A stretch of DNA of 64,000 nucleotides from Chlamydiales bacterium (GCA_965206695.1 CBDBKM010000002.1:1-64000); one strand, 5' to 3'; shown: positions 10,154-22,623, counted from the stretch's first letter. Notes: generated by a model from the sequence alone, not told the origin. Numbers and translations are program-made.

Positions 10154-10907
10154 ATACTCATTCACATTGGAAGCCGGACAGGATTGAGTTCCGGCACTTG
10201 AAATGTATCATTAATTCGTGTCTTAAGCTTGTCTCTTAAAATCGGAATTTTGTCTTTAAAAAACTTTCTTACCTCTAATTCAAACTCAGTAAATGTATCG
10301 TAAAATTTATTATAAGTAACCGTCTCTTTCATCACTTTCCAAAGCCTTTCTATTGCATTTAAATTTGGAGAATATGGGGGTAAATAGAGAAGCTCTATAC
10401 GTGAAGTCGTTAAATATTCTTGAATCAGTTTGTTTTTATCGGCTCTTCCGTTATCTAAAATAACATATATTTTTGAAGCCCGTGAATGCTTCTCTAATCC
10501 TTTTAAGAAGTCAATGACCTCACTTCCTCCAATCGTGGAGTATTCTTTTGACCTGATTATCATATCCTCAAGTCGTAAAGCTCCAATAATAGGCATTCCG
10601 GTTCGCTTATTTGTGGTTTTAAGCGTTTTCTTAACCCCTTTTGGGATCCACCCACATACGGATTGGGATTGATAATCAGGGTGTACTGCATCAAAAAAAT
10701 AGATCTCTTCACTATTTTGAAGGCCTGCTTTTAATGCTTCCTATTCTTTAATAAATTATGCCTGTTTCTCTAAGTCAAGCCTACCGGGGACATTAACAGG
10801 GCTTTTGAAAACAAAATGATGATGCTTTAGCCAAGATGTCATCCCTCCTGTGCTGTAGGAAATGTTATATTGTTCTAAGACATACGCACATACATCCTTA
10901 ATCCTTG
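10151..10907 (-). mobile_element. IS630-family element type B, 3' part (pseudogene)
   Basis: DAVHPDYQSQ, DNGR and YLPPYSPNLNAIERLW motifs with stops and frameshifts. Confidence 0.85.
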
Positions 10908-11778
10908 TGAATCAGAGGAATTTTGTTAAAAAATTAGTTAGTGATTGAGTAACCCTACTTCTTTAAATTTTGATCTACATCATAAATACACCTTTCACCA
11001 AAAGAAAAATCTAACCTTGAGAATCGCGCAAGAAACACTCGTAATATACATGAACGATTACGTTTATGTGTGATTTTAGCAAGAAGCGAAGGAATGTCTC
11101 CCAAGTCAATCGCTCAAGCTCATCGAATAGCTATAGCAAGCGTCTATCGATATTTGACGGAATACGAAGCGTTGACAAAACGAATCACGCCCCTAAAGGC
11201 GGAAGCGCCGGTAAGCTAAATAAAATACGGACACAAGAGTTGTTGGAACACCTTCAAATATTCGCCTATTTTCATGCAAAACAAATCTGTAAGTATGTCA
11301 AAGAACAATATAACATCATCTATTCAGTATCCGGAATAACCTCTTGGCTCAAAGATCATGCGTTTACCTACAAAGAGCCATTGAAAGTTCCGGGAAAGTT
11401 CGATCCACAAAGGCGGCAAGATTTTATAGAGTCATACATGAGCTTGAAAGCTGCATTAGGAGAAGGCGGGAAAATGTATTTTTTGGATGCTGTGCATCCT
11501 GAATTCCGGTCTCAAGCCATATCCGGCCGGATAAAGAAGGGAGAGATACAAACGCTCCCGACTACGAACAAACAATTTAGAATGCATTTTGTAGAAGCTT
11601 TACCGCTTGCTAAGCCGGAAGTCTTTGCACAAGAATACGATACGATAAATGCCGATAATGTAATAAACGTTCTAAAAGATTTGGAAAAGTCATCCGGTGC
11701 AGAATCCATTCAGATTATTTGTGATAATGGCCGATCCAATAAAAACAAAAAGATTAATGAATTTCTTATTACATCAAA

Positions 11779-13546
11779 CCGACATTCCTAGACCGTAAGA
11801 TATTTTTTTTGAATTAGAATTATAGATTGCCTATCCTGTTACTTTTTATTTGATACAAGGAGAAAAGTTATGCCGGAAGTTGCAGGAGATAATATTCAAA
11901 CAGTGAACATGGATCACCATGGATTAATTGCAGCACTTTGCAGCGATCTAAAAGTAGCGGAAAGGATTGATACCGGATTAAAAAATCATCCACACAGAAA
12001 AGTAAGTGCGGGACAGGCAGTAATTGCAATGATTCTGAATGGATTAGGGTTTACTAATAGACGTCTCTACCTAACACATCAATTTTTTGCTTCTAAATCG
12101 ATAGAGAATTTACTTGGCAACGATCTTCGAGCAGAAGATCTCACAGATTATACTTTAGGTCATGCTTTGGATGATATTGCGAAATATGGGAGCAGTAAAT
12201 TATTTGCTGAAGTTTCTTTTGGAATAGCCCTAGACCATGATTTACTACAAAAAACTCATCATCTAGACACAACAAGCTTTTCCGTTCATGGGTCGTATGA
12301 AGTGAAAGATGATCCGCAAGTGATTGAGATTAAGCAGGGTTATTCTAAAGATCATAGACCTGATTTGAAACAAGTTGTACTTTCTCTCGTTACCAATGGT
12401 CCGAGTTCTATGCCTCTATGGATGGAAGCCTTAGACGGCAATAGTTCTGATAAAGCAAGTTTTCATGAGACGATCAAAAAAATCAGTGAATTTCAACAAC
12501 AGATTGATGTAAAAACAAAGTTTAAGTGGGTTGCCGATTCAGCGTTATACACAAAAGAAAAGCTCTTAAAAAATAATGATTATAAATGGCTCACCCGAGT
12601 TCCCGAGATAATAGGAGAAGCAAAAAGATTAGTAGAAAAACCGGAAGAAGAAATTGATTGGATTGATCAGGAGAAAGGATATAAAACATGCAGCTTCACC
12701 TCTTTTTATGGAGGGATTAAACAAAGATGGCTTTTGGTTTTTTCAGAGCAAGCCTATCAGAGAGAGATAAAATCATTAGAAAAAAAATTGACCAAGGCAG
12801 AAGAAAAGCTCAAGAAACAACTTTGGCATTTGGGTAATGAGGAATTTAAATGCGAAAGTGATGCTAAAAAAGCTTGGGGCAGATTGACTAAAAAAAATCA
12901 TTTATATTCCATGAATAGTGAGATATTGCCGATTCTAAAATATGGTAAATTAGGCAAACCTAAACAAGGAGAGGAAAAACAAGTTGTTGGATACAAGATT
13001 CATGCTAGCTTTGAAAGGGAAGAAGAAGAAATTAATAAACTGATGAATAGAAAAGGACGGTTTATTTTAGCTGCGAATGACACCGATAGAGAAAATTATA
13101 AAGATGAGATGATGTTAGAAGAATATAAAGAACAGCAAAAGGTTGAAGGAGGGTTTCGCTTTTTAAAAGATCCTTGGTTTATGGTTGATTCTATTTTTTT
13201 AAAAACCCCTCGACGCATTGAAGCATTAATGATGGTTATGACATTGTGTTTAATGGTTTATAATATCGGACAATATCAACTTCGACAAAAATTGATAGAA
13301 ACAGAAGAGACATTACCCAACCAATTAGGAAAGGAAGTCAAAAATCCAACATTAAGATGGATTTTCCAAATTATGGAAGGTATCGGAATAATCCGTTTTT
13401 TTCAGAAGACTTCCCGGAGAATTTGTAAAGAAATGATCACAAATTTAACCCGTCTTCGGAAAAAGATTATTGTTTTGTTTGGAAAGACTGCAATGAGGAT
13501 GTATGGCTTAATTAGAAAAACTTGTTTAGAGGTCTAGGAATGTCGG
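11779..13546 (+). mobile_element. IS1634-family element, apparently intact
   Basis: Perfect 16-bp TIRs ccgacattcctagacc / ggtctaggaatgtcgg; 6-bp target duplication atcaaa (11773-11778, 13547-13552). Confidence 0.92.
11870..13537 (+). CDS. IS1634-family transposase
   Basis: HLDTTSFSVHG, GYSKDHRPDLKQ, VADSALY and VEGGFRFLKDP motifs. Confidence 0.92.
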   Translation: MPEVAGDNIQTVNMDHHGLIAALCSDLKVAERIDTGLKNHPHRKVSAGQAVIAMILNGLGFTNRRLYLTHQFFASKSIENLLGNDLRAEDLTDYTLGHALDDIAKYGSSKLFAEVSFGIALDHDLLQKTHHLDTTSFSVHGSYEVKDDPQVIEIKQGYSKDHRPDLKQVVLSLVTNGPSSMPLWMEALDGNSSDKASFHETIKKISEFQQQIDVKTKFKWVADSALYTKEKLLKNNDYKWLTRVPEIIGEAKRLVEKPEEEIDWIDQEKGYKTCSFTSFYGGIKQRWLLVFSEQAYQREIKSLEKKLTKAEEKLKKQLWHLGNEEFKCESDAKKAWGRLTKKNHLYSMNSEILPILKYGKLGKPKQGEEKQVVGYKIHASFEREEEEINKLMNRKGRFILAANDTDRENYKDEMMLEEYKEQQKVEGGFRFLKDPWFMVDSIFLKTPRRIEALMMVMTLCLMVYNIGQYQLRQKLIETEETLPNQLGKEVKNPTLRWIFQIMEGIGIIRFFQKTSRRICKEMITNLTRLRKKIIVLFGKTAMRMYGLIRKTCLEV

Positions 13547-13909
13547 ATCAAAGATGAAAATCCATTACTTGTCGCCATATTCACCCAATTTGAATCCAAT
13601 AGAGAGGTTCCGGAAGGTGATGAGGGAGAAAAAAAACTTACAATAAGTGCTACGAGAAATTGATTGATTTCAGTGACGCTATCCGAACGTTCTGTTTTGA
13701 AGAAATTCCAAAAATGAAAAAGCAATTAGGTCAAAGAATTAACGATAATTTTCAAAAAATTATTATTAATCATATTCATTGTCCTTTAAGATGAATTCTC
13801 TGATTCAGCTACGAGCAGTATAGATTCAAGCATGGAAAAGAGGATAATCTCAAAGAATCTCAGGATATCCTTACCAAAAACTCAATCAATGATTCAATGA
13901 GAAGAATTT

Positions 13910-14391
13910 TCAGAAGACGTTTACAATACACACACATTGAATACCATCTCCGCAACCAAAGTCTGTCAGTCCTTCACCTGAAGTCGCTGTTATTCCCACC
14001 CGGGAGATATTTAACTTTAAAATATTTGCAATGTTTTGGCGTATCTTCTGAAAGTGCTGTTTTCAGTTAAGGCCTTTAGCTTCAACTGTAATAGCAAGAT
14101 GCGTCAGACGTTGATTGCCTAATGTTTTAGAAGCTTCCCGTAAATATATCCGGCTATCCGTTATGCCATCTTTAAGACAAAGATCATCTGCTATCCCGCA
14201 TAAAATTAAAAACTCCGGTTAAAGAAGAAATGGCATTACAAAATCGCATGATAGATGACATTTTCCATCAGAATTAGCTGATAATCCCGGAACTCCTTCA
14301 AAAAACAACTCCACCTAAGTATACAAGATCTTGAAGAATCGTTTGTTACAAAACGATGACTATCTTGGCCAAGACCCGTTCTAATAATCAT
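13910..14391 (-). pseudogene. ispF: ispF (MECDP synthase) pseudogene with multiple frameshifts
   Basis: Manual translation across frames: [81 protein letters not shown]. Confidence 0.88.
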
Positions 14392-15017
14392 GATATTACT
14401 AATACCTTGTGTTGGAATATCCTAAATAAAGAAATAATATAGCACAAAAGAGATAAAAAATTCCATCAGCAAAAAACAAACCGTTTTTACATAATACTTT
14501 GCCTTTTCAACTATGAAGTGCAACAAATAGGCCCCTCATTATACCTCAAAGTTTTTTGATTGAAAATCTTTGATAGGCATTTTATTAGGTGCCATGAAAG
14601 GCGTGTAATGAATTGTTTGGATGCGAAATGTCATCGTGATAATCATAATAAACTTGATTTTTTGAAATAATCCCTGTCGTGCAACACGGAAAGATTCCCT
14701 GAGATAAAAATCGGTAATTCGCCAAGTCATTTCTTCTGTGTCATGGCGGACCTTCTTCAACAATAGAAGCACTCAGGGATGTCCTGTTTGTTGCAACGCA
14801 TGTGCTATTTGTCCCTTTGCCAAATGCTCTTTATGCGCTATCTAGTTCATTGAAGTAAAACAACAGCAACAACTGTGGCTGTGGCTGCGGTAATCACGGA
14901 TAAGCGTAACATGAATCATCCTAAAGCTTTAAAAATACAAACTATAGCTGAAGGCTATATATTTTTAATAGCCTCTAATATTGCATCTAAATTTAGCGTC
15001 ATTTGGAGAAGATACAT

Positions 15018-15758
15018 TTAACCAATAGGCTTATATATGTCCGGCAGTTGAAGTTTTATTTTTTTTTCTAGTTCAGATATTGTGATTTTATGGTTTTTAA
15101 AGGAATTTCCTTCCAAGGGTAAATTTGGGATTAAATAAGATTCAATAAGAATAATTTTTTGATATTCGTCTCTTATCATAAGAATTTTAAACATGTGTGT
15201 TGGAACCGAAACACTGTTTCCAATTTCCTCGTACTTTACAACTAATGCTCCATTACACTCTTCAGGTAAATATACTGATCCTGTTACAATAAAGCCGTCA
15301 CCGTTTGACTGTATGATTTGTTGTTGACAATAGTTTTCAAGATCTAACCATATGTTACTGTTCATATAAATATCTTGAGGGCAAATATTTGATAACCGGA
15401 ACGTTTGATTTGTTAAATTCTGATTATTTCTATAATTACCGGATCTGGCATTATGACCTCTTGACCAACCTGATCTACTATAATCCTTGTCCTCTGATCT
15501 TGATGGTTGAAAAATCTTCGGGTCTGACCTGAATCGACCCCTCCTACTATCTCCTGTAAAATTGGATGCCTCTAAGTGTTCAAAAACCCACCGAGGGGAT
15601 TTATGCTCACTAGAGTATAATAGGGTATATGCATCTCTTTCGATAAGTTGTTCTTGTTGGGGATAATATTCAGGGTAGTCAGAGGGTCTAGCATATAAGT
15701 GAACGAATGAAAAACAAAAAAAGATTAACGAAATATAAATTTTCATTCTTCTACTCAA
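15018..15758 (-). CDS. Secreted DNA/RNA non-specific endonuclease (NucA/EndA, His-Me finger)
   Basis: Signal peptide; SGWSRGH, TFRLSNICPQ..NSNIW..LE and VPTHMFK motifs. Confidence 0.88.
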   Translation of the reverse strand: MSRRMKIYISLIFFCFSFVHLYARPSDYPEYYPQQEQLIERDAYTLLYSSEHKSPRWVFEHLEASNFTGDSRRGRFRSDPKIFQPSRSEDKDYSRSGWSRGHNARSGNYRNNQNLTNQTFRLSNICPQDIYMNSNIWLDLENYCQQQIIQSNGDGFIVTGSVYLPEECNGALVVKYEEIGNSVSVPTHMFKILMIRDEYQKIILIESYLIPNLPLEGNSFKNHKITISELEKKIKLQLPDIYKPIG

Positions 15759-16064
15759 TTGAGTTTGTATTAAAGGAGAAAGTATAAGAAGGATAATAAT
15801 AAAATAAAATATTTATTATCGAGTTTTCATTTCTTTAGAAGCATTTTTTTGGGTCTTTCTGTTGTTGTTCTTTATATACTGCCCTTTTCGATCAATTAGA
15901 TTTGTCCGAAAGCAGCAAATTAGTAAACATATTTTTAAAGCCAGGCAACTAGATTAATTATTTAGTCCTTAATTATTTAGTAAATAATGTTTTTTATACA
16001 AACTTAACAACTAAAGTGTATAATTATCTTTATTAGAGCATAATTATAAATATAGGGATATATT

Positions 16065-16346
16065 ATGACCATTTTTAATAATGAACGACAGCAATCTCCG
16101 CCACTTCTTCCTAATAATGAGGACTCAATTTCAACACCTGTAGTTCGTGATCAACATTTTTTTATCACGGTATTTCATCGCACTTTAGAAAGGGAACAAG
16201 AGGCACGAACAAGCAATATAGTGAGGTTGCAAAGAAGACTGAATATACAGAGTATACGTACAACAATAGAATATTCGGGGGAATATGGAGGAAGGATTCG
16301 TAATATAACACCTATCAACAGCACGAATTTTGCGCGTCCGTCTTAA
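16065..16346 (+). CDS. Hypothetical protein; 3' end overlaps an IS end remnant
   Basis: 93 aa ORF with RBS; about 16325-16391 resembles the inverse of 44279-44349. Confidence 0.45.
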   Translation: MTIFNNERQQSPPLLPNNEDSISTPVVRDQHFFITVFHRTLEREQEARTSNIVRLQRRLNIQSIRTTIEYSGEYGGRIRNITPINSTNFARPS

Positions 16347-16390
16347 CACCGAGCCAAAATATTTTTCATATTTAAAATAATAGCGGGCTT

Positions 16391-17130
16391 TATAGTAGTT
16401 TAATTTTATATTGATAAAACCGCTTGATCAATAGCGAATGTAAAATTCGTAACTTTTCGCAATATCTCTCTAACCTGATTTTTCATATTAGCTCAATATT
16501 TTTCTGTAGGAGTTAAGTCCGGAGAATAGGGCGGAAGAAACATAAGCTTACAACCGGCGAATTCTACTATTTTTCTGCTTTCCGCTGACTTGTGAAAGCT
16601 AGCATTGTCAAGAATAAGAACGCTACCGGGTGCAAGGTGAGGAGTCAAAACCTCCTTAAGCCAAATATTGAATAACCCGGTATCACAAGTACCGTCAAAA
16701 CACATTGGAGACAAAAACCGCCCTTTAGACAGGGCTGAAATAATATTTTGCCTTACAAAACGGGTTCCTGAAACCGCTTCACAAACTTTTTTACCGCGTA
16801 AGCTTCTTCCGTTCCCACAAAATAAAAATTGATGAATCCGGTTTCATCGAGATAAATCCTATTGTCCAAGATAATATTTTCTAAATCTTTCATAAAAGCT
16901 TCCCGTTTCTTTTCATCTCTTTCCTTATAGCGAGTAGTCTTTTTTTTCGTGTAATCTTTAATCTTTTAAGGGCATAAAAAATCGTTTGCGGAGTGACTAA
17001 AAAATAATTCGCAATTTCTGATAAAAAATAATCCGGATGTTGTTCTACATATTTAGATAACAACTCATCATCTAATTTCTTATAAGCATACTTTCTACGG
17101 ATTGGTTTTAAATGTCCTTTTTGTTTTTTT
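16391..17130 (-). mobile_element. IS630-C degenerate copy
   Basis: Similar to 19602-20540 with a frameshift and stop; 5' part replaced by an ISL2-like fragment. Confidence 0.85.
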
Positions 17131-17345
17131 GGGCCTTTCAACGGCTGTTTCCGTGGCATCTATTAAAATAAGCTCATATGCCGAATTGTTTTTTAAAAGT
17201 GCTTTACGACCGAGTAAAGCAAAATCAGGATGCTTAATTAAGTGTACCTTCAACCCACTTTATACTTTTATAAGCACTGCTTTCACTTAATTACCGGAAC
17301 TTTGGCTGACATGAAAATAGGTCCTATATTTTCTCATATACTCTA

Positions 17346-18182
17346 AATAATGTCGTCTTAAATTTTTAAATATGATAACTTTTTTGGTTAAAAAAGGTTA
17401 TTGTTATGAATATTCCAATACATAGACAACATGATATTTCTGATGCACTTTGGACAAAATTAGAACCACATCTTTCGAGTAGGAAAGGAGGTTGGGGAGC
17501 TATTGCAAGAGATAACCGTCTTTTTATTAACACTATATTTTGGATTCTCAGAACCGGAGCTCCATGGCGTGATTTACCCTCGGACTACGGTGATTGGAAA
17601 AATACTCACAGACGCTTTTGCCGATGGAGAGATAAAGGTCTTTGGGAAAATTTATTGGAAATTATAATTGAAAAACTCGATTATGAATGGTTAATGATAG
17701 ATGCTTCTCACTGCAAGGTTCATCCGCATGCAGCAGGAGCTAAAGGAGGTAATCAAAATATGAGTCGCACAAAAGGGGGCTCAATACGAAATTATATTTG
17801 GCCGTGAATGCGCATGGTATGCCGCTCAGAGCTATTATTACGAAAGGTACCACCGCGAATTGTACTGAAGCATCGCATTTAATAGAGGGATTGAATGCGG
17901 AATATCTTTTTGCTGATCGGGGTTACGATACTCATTCTATTATTGACGATGCTCAAGAAAAAGGCATGATACCGGTTATTCCCGCAAAGAAAAATCATAA
18001 AAATAAACGGATACATGATCGCCATCTCTATAAACTTAGACATTTAGTAGAAAACGCATTCCTTCACTTGAAGCGTTGGCGAGGGATTGCTACTCGATAT
18101 GCCAAAAATGGAGCGTCATTTTTAGCTGCCGTGCAGATTCGATGTATTGCTTTATGGAGAACTCTTTTATGACGACACTATC
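17346..18182 (+). mobile_element. IS5-family IS427-group element
   Basis: Imperfect TIRs (aataatgtcgtc / gacgacactatc), TA duplication, two overlapping ORFs. Confidence 0.85.
17406..18172 (+). CDS. IS427-group transposase in two ORFs (17406-17807, 17798-18172), probable programmed frameshift
   Basis: ILRTGAPWRDLP, ADRGYD and RHLVENAFLHLKRWRGIATRY motifs; slippery aaaaggggg near 17771. Confidence 0.85.
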
Positions 18183-18618
18183 TAAAGTCATTAATAATGT
18201 ATCTTCTAAACTTAGTTTCTTTTTTCTTCCGGTAAGAGTTCTTCCGGTTTTAATTGATGTGTTTAATATGAATATCATTCTATCGAATGTTGATTTTTTT
18301 ATACCTGTTAAACGACGAAACTTTTCATCTTTCAAAGCTCGATTTTTTTCAAATTTTATGATACAAACCTACTTTTAAAGTAGGATACTATAATCAAAAA
18401 TTTAATTTATAAAAAAGTCTAATAATATATAGGGCCGAGCAGACGATTAAAGGACTTATAAAAAGAGCTAAATTTATACAATTTTTATTATGCAACAGGT
18501 TTATTGATAATCCATAGAAATTATTTAAGTGATCAACAACTTAGGATGATTTTTTAATAACAAAAGTATATGAAATGTGATAAAAAATTACTTAATTAGG
18601 CAAGTAAAGATAATAAGA

Positions 18619-20761
18619 TTAAACCTTTATTTTATTATTTTCCAAAGCATAGATAGTAGCTATACAACCAACAGAAATGGTAGTAGCTATAGAAAATAAG
18701 CCTAAACTTTTTACTTTATCTAATAACGTTTCACTTGATAGATAAAAATTTCTTCCCTTATTCATAATATAAACAGTGGCTATCCCTGATAGGCTAGTTA
18801 AAGCAATTTGACTAATTAAAATTAACCCATTATTGTTAAAATTTAATCCTTCTTCAGTTGCTTGATTGATTCCTTCTTTATTAAATTTTTTATTGTCAGT
18901 ACGTTCTTCAAGATTTTTATTGTCAAGAATAGACCTATTAATCGTAAAATTAGATGATGGCGTTAGAGAATAGTCATCTAATAAACCACATTGATCTGTT
19001 AAATATTTATTGTAAGAGGCCTCAGTTTTAGAATTTAAAGGAGTAACTTTAACTATATGATCTTTTTTATCAGGCCAAACGGTTGAATATGATGATTCAC
19101 TTAACTGATTATTTTCACCTCTAAATAACACTTCTATATGACGACATACGTTACCCATATAATCTCTATTTAATTCAATAGAAGAGAAATAAAGAACAGG
19201 ATTTACATATTTAGATATTGTATTTAAAGCTGAGGTTCCTTTTATAGCTTCTCGAGCCGGCAATCCTATTTTTGATGCGTGATATGCGGTGTTAGCCTGC
19301 TTTTGTACCTGCAAGAATAGTTGCTTTGTACCTATATTTTTATCAAGACCTAATTTGGCCGCTAATGCAAAAGTTTGTTTTACAGCAGTCTCTTTTTTCC
19401 AGTGTTTGCCACGACTAACAAATTGACCTCCTCGCAATGCCATAGCGTATTTACTACGCCAATCTTTTTGAGTATTCACTTGCTTTAATGATTCTGCTTG
19501 AGCAGCCATTTTTTGACTCCTTCTCTGCATGCTATTCGGTTGAGGAGTATTTAAATAAGAGAATAAACGTCCACTAAAACTTAATCCTAATTCTAATCCT
19601 GTATAGTCATTTAATTTTACATTGATAAGATTGCTTGATCAATGGCGAATTTAAAATTCGTAACTTTTCGTAATATCTCTCTAACTTTATTTTTCATATT
19701 AGCCCAATATTTTTCTATAGGATTTAAGTCCGGAGAATATGGAGGAAGAAACATAAGCTTACAACCGGCAGATTCTACTGTTTTCCTGCTTTCCGCTGAC
19801 TTGTGAAAACCGGCATTGTCAAGAATAAGAACACTACCGGGTGTAAGCTGAGGAGTCAAAACTTCCTTAAGCCAAATATTGAATAACCCGGTATTACAAG
19901 TACCTTCAAAACACATTGGAGACAAAAACTGCCCTTTAGATAGGGCTGAAATAATATTTTGCCTTATAAAGCGGTTTCCTGAAACCGCTCCAAAAACTTT
20001 TTTGCCGCGTAAGCTTCTTCCGGACTCACGAAATAAAAATTGATGAATCCCGGTTTCATCGAGATAAATTCTCTTGTCAAAGGGAATATTTTTTAAATCT
20101 TTCATAAAAGCTTCCCGTTTCTTTTCATCTCTTTCCTTATAGCGAGTAGTTTTTTTTTTCGTGTAATTTTTAATCTTTTAAGGGCATAAAAAATCGTTTG
20201 CGGAGTGACTGAAAAATAATCAGCAATTTCCGATAAAAAATAATCCGGATGTTTTTCTACATATTTAGATAACAACTCATCATCTAATTTCTTATAAGCA
20301 TATTTTCTGCGGATTGGCTTTAAATGTCCTTTTTGCTTTTTTTGCAAGATCCATCGATATATTGTTGCGATACCTACTTGAAAAATATGGCCGGCTGTTT
20401 TTTTATCATGATGTTTTTCTATATGTTGTAATACTTTCTCTCGGAGATCTACTGAATAGGCTCTAGGCATTGTTTTGTCCTTATTGTTTGTATAAAAAAA
20501 GAAGGATAACATATTATCAAATAAAAATTAAAGTACTATAAATACAAAATCGGTTAATGATGGCATCGCCGTATCTGTACATAATTGGTTATAAATTGTT
20601 TTTGTACCTAACCCACCTACTATTGTATAAGGTGCTCCAGATAGCGGGTTAGTATTTTCCCGTGTTTTTTTTGTTCCAATTAAAGATAAAATAAAACCGG
20701 CGACATCTAATGAAGGCTCTAATATTTGACATGGCAATGATCTATTATCAGAAAGTTGCAT
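18619..20761 (-). pseudogene. About 401-aa membrane-anchored orphan gene split by IS630-C
   Basis: Removing the IS and one TA joins 20761-20539 to 19601-18619 in frame (..TDFVF-TGLELG..). Confidence 0.8.
19602..20540 (-). mobile_element. IS630-C full copy (ORFs 20102-20512 and 19617-20105, -1 frameshift at A10)
   Basis: TIRs tatagtactttaattt / aaattaaatgactata; PRAYSVDLR, YLDETG and LPPYSPDLNPIE motifs. Confidence 0.92.
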
Positions 20762-21219
20762 ACTAAACCTTTTAATTTTAGATTATATTGATTATAAGAT
20801 TAATTAAGTAAAGCAAAAAAAAGCAACCTAAAAACTTTTTAAAAAAAAGAAACTGTTCTTTTATAAGAAAAATTAATTTTATTTATTGAAACCTCTAAAT
20901 ATATATTTCAATCAGTTTAAAGAAGTAAAAATATTTTTAATCTCTTCTAGGCTTTTTAAACTATTTATTACAAACAAAATAAATATAAAAATAATTAATT
21001 ACATGTACTCATATTATTAAAAAATAAATAATCATTTTATTTAGTTAAATGTTTTGCAAGCGAAGTCCTTCAGCAGCTCCGAAATTAATTTGCACATGCA
21101 TTGTATCAACAGTTTCTTTGTTTATTAAATACATAAAGAACATTAAAAAACAAGACTAAATTTATTTATCAAAACCCGCGTATAAAAATTAATATAATTA
21201 ATACAAAAATCTTATTTTA

Positions 21220-21707
21220 TTGTATATATATGGATACGCATATAAAATAAATCAAACAATCATCACTGGCGAAAAAAAAGTTAAAGACTCAAATAGAAAA
21301 GAAAAAACGACAAAAAATATTAATAAAGAATTAAATGAAATTACAAATTCACTAAATCAAGTTATTAGTATTACTAAAGATCTAAATTCAAATAATTCAT
21401 CACCCCCTTTACAACCTATAAAATTCCGAATCTAAATTCTGAAATAAACTCTTTTAATGCAATAATAGAAGAAATAAAAACTTTGCAAATAAATGACGAT
21501 GGCAATCGTATAAATATCTCAGAGATTCCTCAAAAAATATATGATAAAATATTTGAAATTAAGACACGTTTATCAGATCTTATACCTCTATTAATAAACG
21601 CATCCGGTAATATTCTTACTCTCATAAGGGAATTAAATGAACCGGCGAGCAAACTTAGCACGCTTATACATCTACTTAAAGAAATTGCCTTTCACCTTCC
21701 CATATAA
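21220..21707 (+). pseudogene. Fragmented AT-rich orphan ORF(s)
   Basis: Two consecutive ORFs in different frames with no recognisable motif. Confidence 0.3.
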
Positions 21708-21812
21708 AACTAGATGTGTTGCAATTCCTATCTAGGGCTTTGCAACGTTTTAAAATAATGAGACAAACGCCTATACGCAGCAATTCCCGTTAAATAATTT
21801 TCCTATCTCCAA

Positions 21813-22552
21813 AAGACCTCACTTCTTCCAATCGTGGAGTATTCTTTTGACCTGATTGTCATATCCTCAAGTCGTCAAGTGCCCATAATAGGCATTCCGG
21901 TTCGCTTATTTGTAGTCTTAAGCGTTTTCTTAACCCCTTTTGGGATCCACCCACATACGGATTGGGATTGATAATCAGGGTGTACTGCATCAAAAAAATA
22001 GATCTCTTCACTTTTGAAGGCCTGCTTTTAATGCTTCCTATTCTTTAATAAATGGTGTCTGTTTCTCTAAGTTAAGTCTACCGGGGATATTAACAGGGCT
22101 TTTGAAAACAAAATGATGATGCTTTAGCCAAGATGTCATCCCTCCTGTGCTGTAGGCAATGTTATATTGTTCTAAGACATACGCAGAAAAATCCTTAACC
22201 CTTCTGTTAAGTGTATTAAGAAAGATGTTTCACTCGTTCTTCATTTGCCGTTTGGATCATTTACCGGCTGATCCTCCTTTGGTATCATGCCGAGTTTTCC
22301 TTCTGATTGAAATTCTCTCAAATACCCATAAACACTCGAGCGGCTTAAGCGCAGAATATGAGCAATGTGATCAGGCCCCGGACCGTCATCTCGTGCAAAA
22401 AGCACACACAAATGATATACGTTCATTTATATCGCGAATCTTTTTTACCTGAGATTCAAAAGTGCTTCTTTGATTGGGAGTTAATTGGTTCATACAAAAC
22501 TAATATCATATTTATACTTTATTTGTGTGCCTTTTCAGTAGCGAAGAATATA
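21813..22552 (-). mobile_element. IS630-B 5' part (pseudogene)
   Basis: Near-identical to 10515-10905; left end tatattcttcgctactgaa; MNQLTPNQR start. Confidence 0.85.
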
Positions 22553-22623
22553 TCCAAAGTCAAACAAACAAATAGATGCTTTCATCCCAATGCTAAAGCA
22601 AAGAGTTTCTTCGCTTAATTGTC
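22553..22623 (-). mobile_element. IS605 left end plus tnpA 3' tip
   Basis: tcatcccaatgctaaagcaaagagtttcttcgcttaattgtc followed by ATAA. Confidence 0.8.

Larger units (their letters stand above)
10908..13820 (+). mobile_element. IS630-A second copy, left TIR clipped, interrupted by IS1634
   Basis: Near-identical to 436-1590; right TIR attcagctacgagcagta at 13803-13820. Confidence 0.88.
17131..18421 (-). mobile_element. IS5-family (ISL2-like) remnant interrupted by an IS427-like element
   Basis: KDEKFRRLTG..LMTL / EYMRKYRTYFH is contiguous once 17346-18182 is removed. Confidence 0.8.

Noticed and set aside
14590..14915. Higher-GC debris, possible gene remnant
   Set aside because: No family motif recognised and several stops.
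15938..15946. Dcm (CCWGG) basecalling artefact as the cause of the CCGG excess
   Set aside because: CCWGG sites persist (about 6111, 15941, 27169, 35123, 43170) and the converted sites are not limited to CCWGG context. Not fully excluded without reads.
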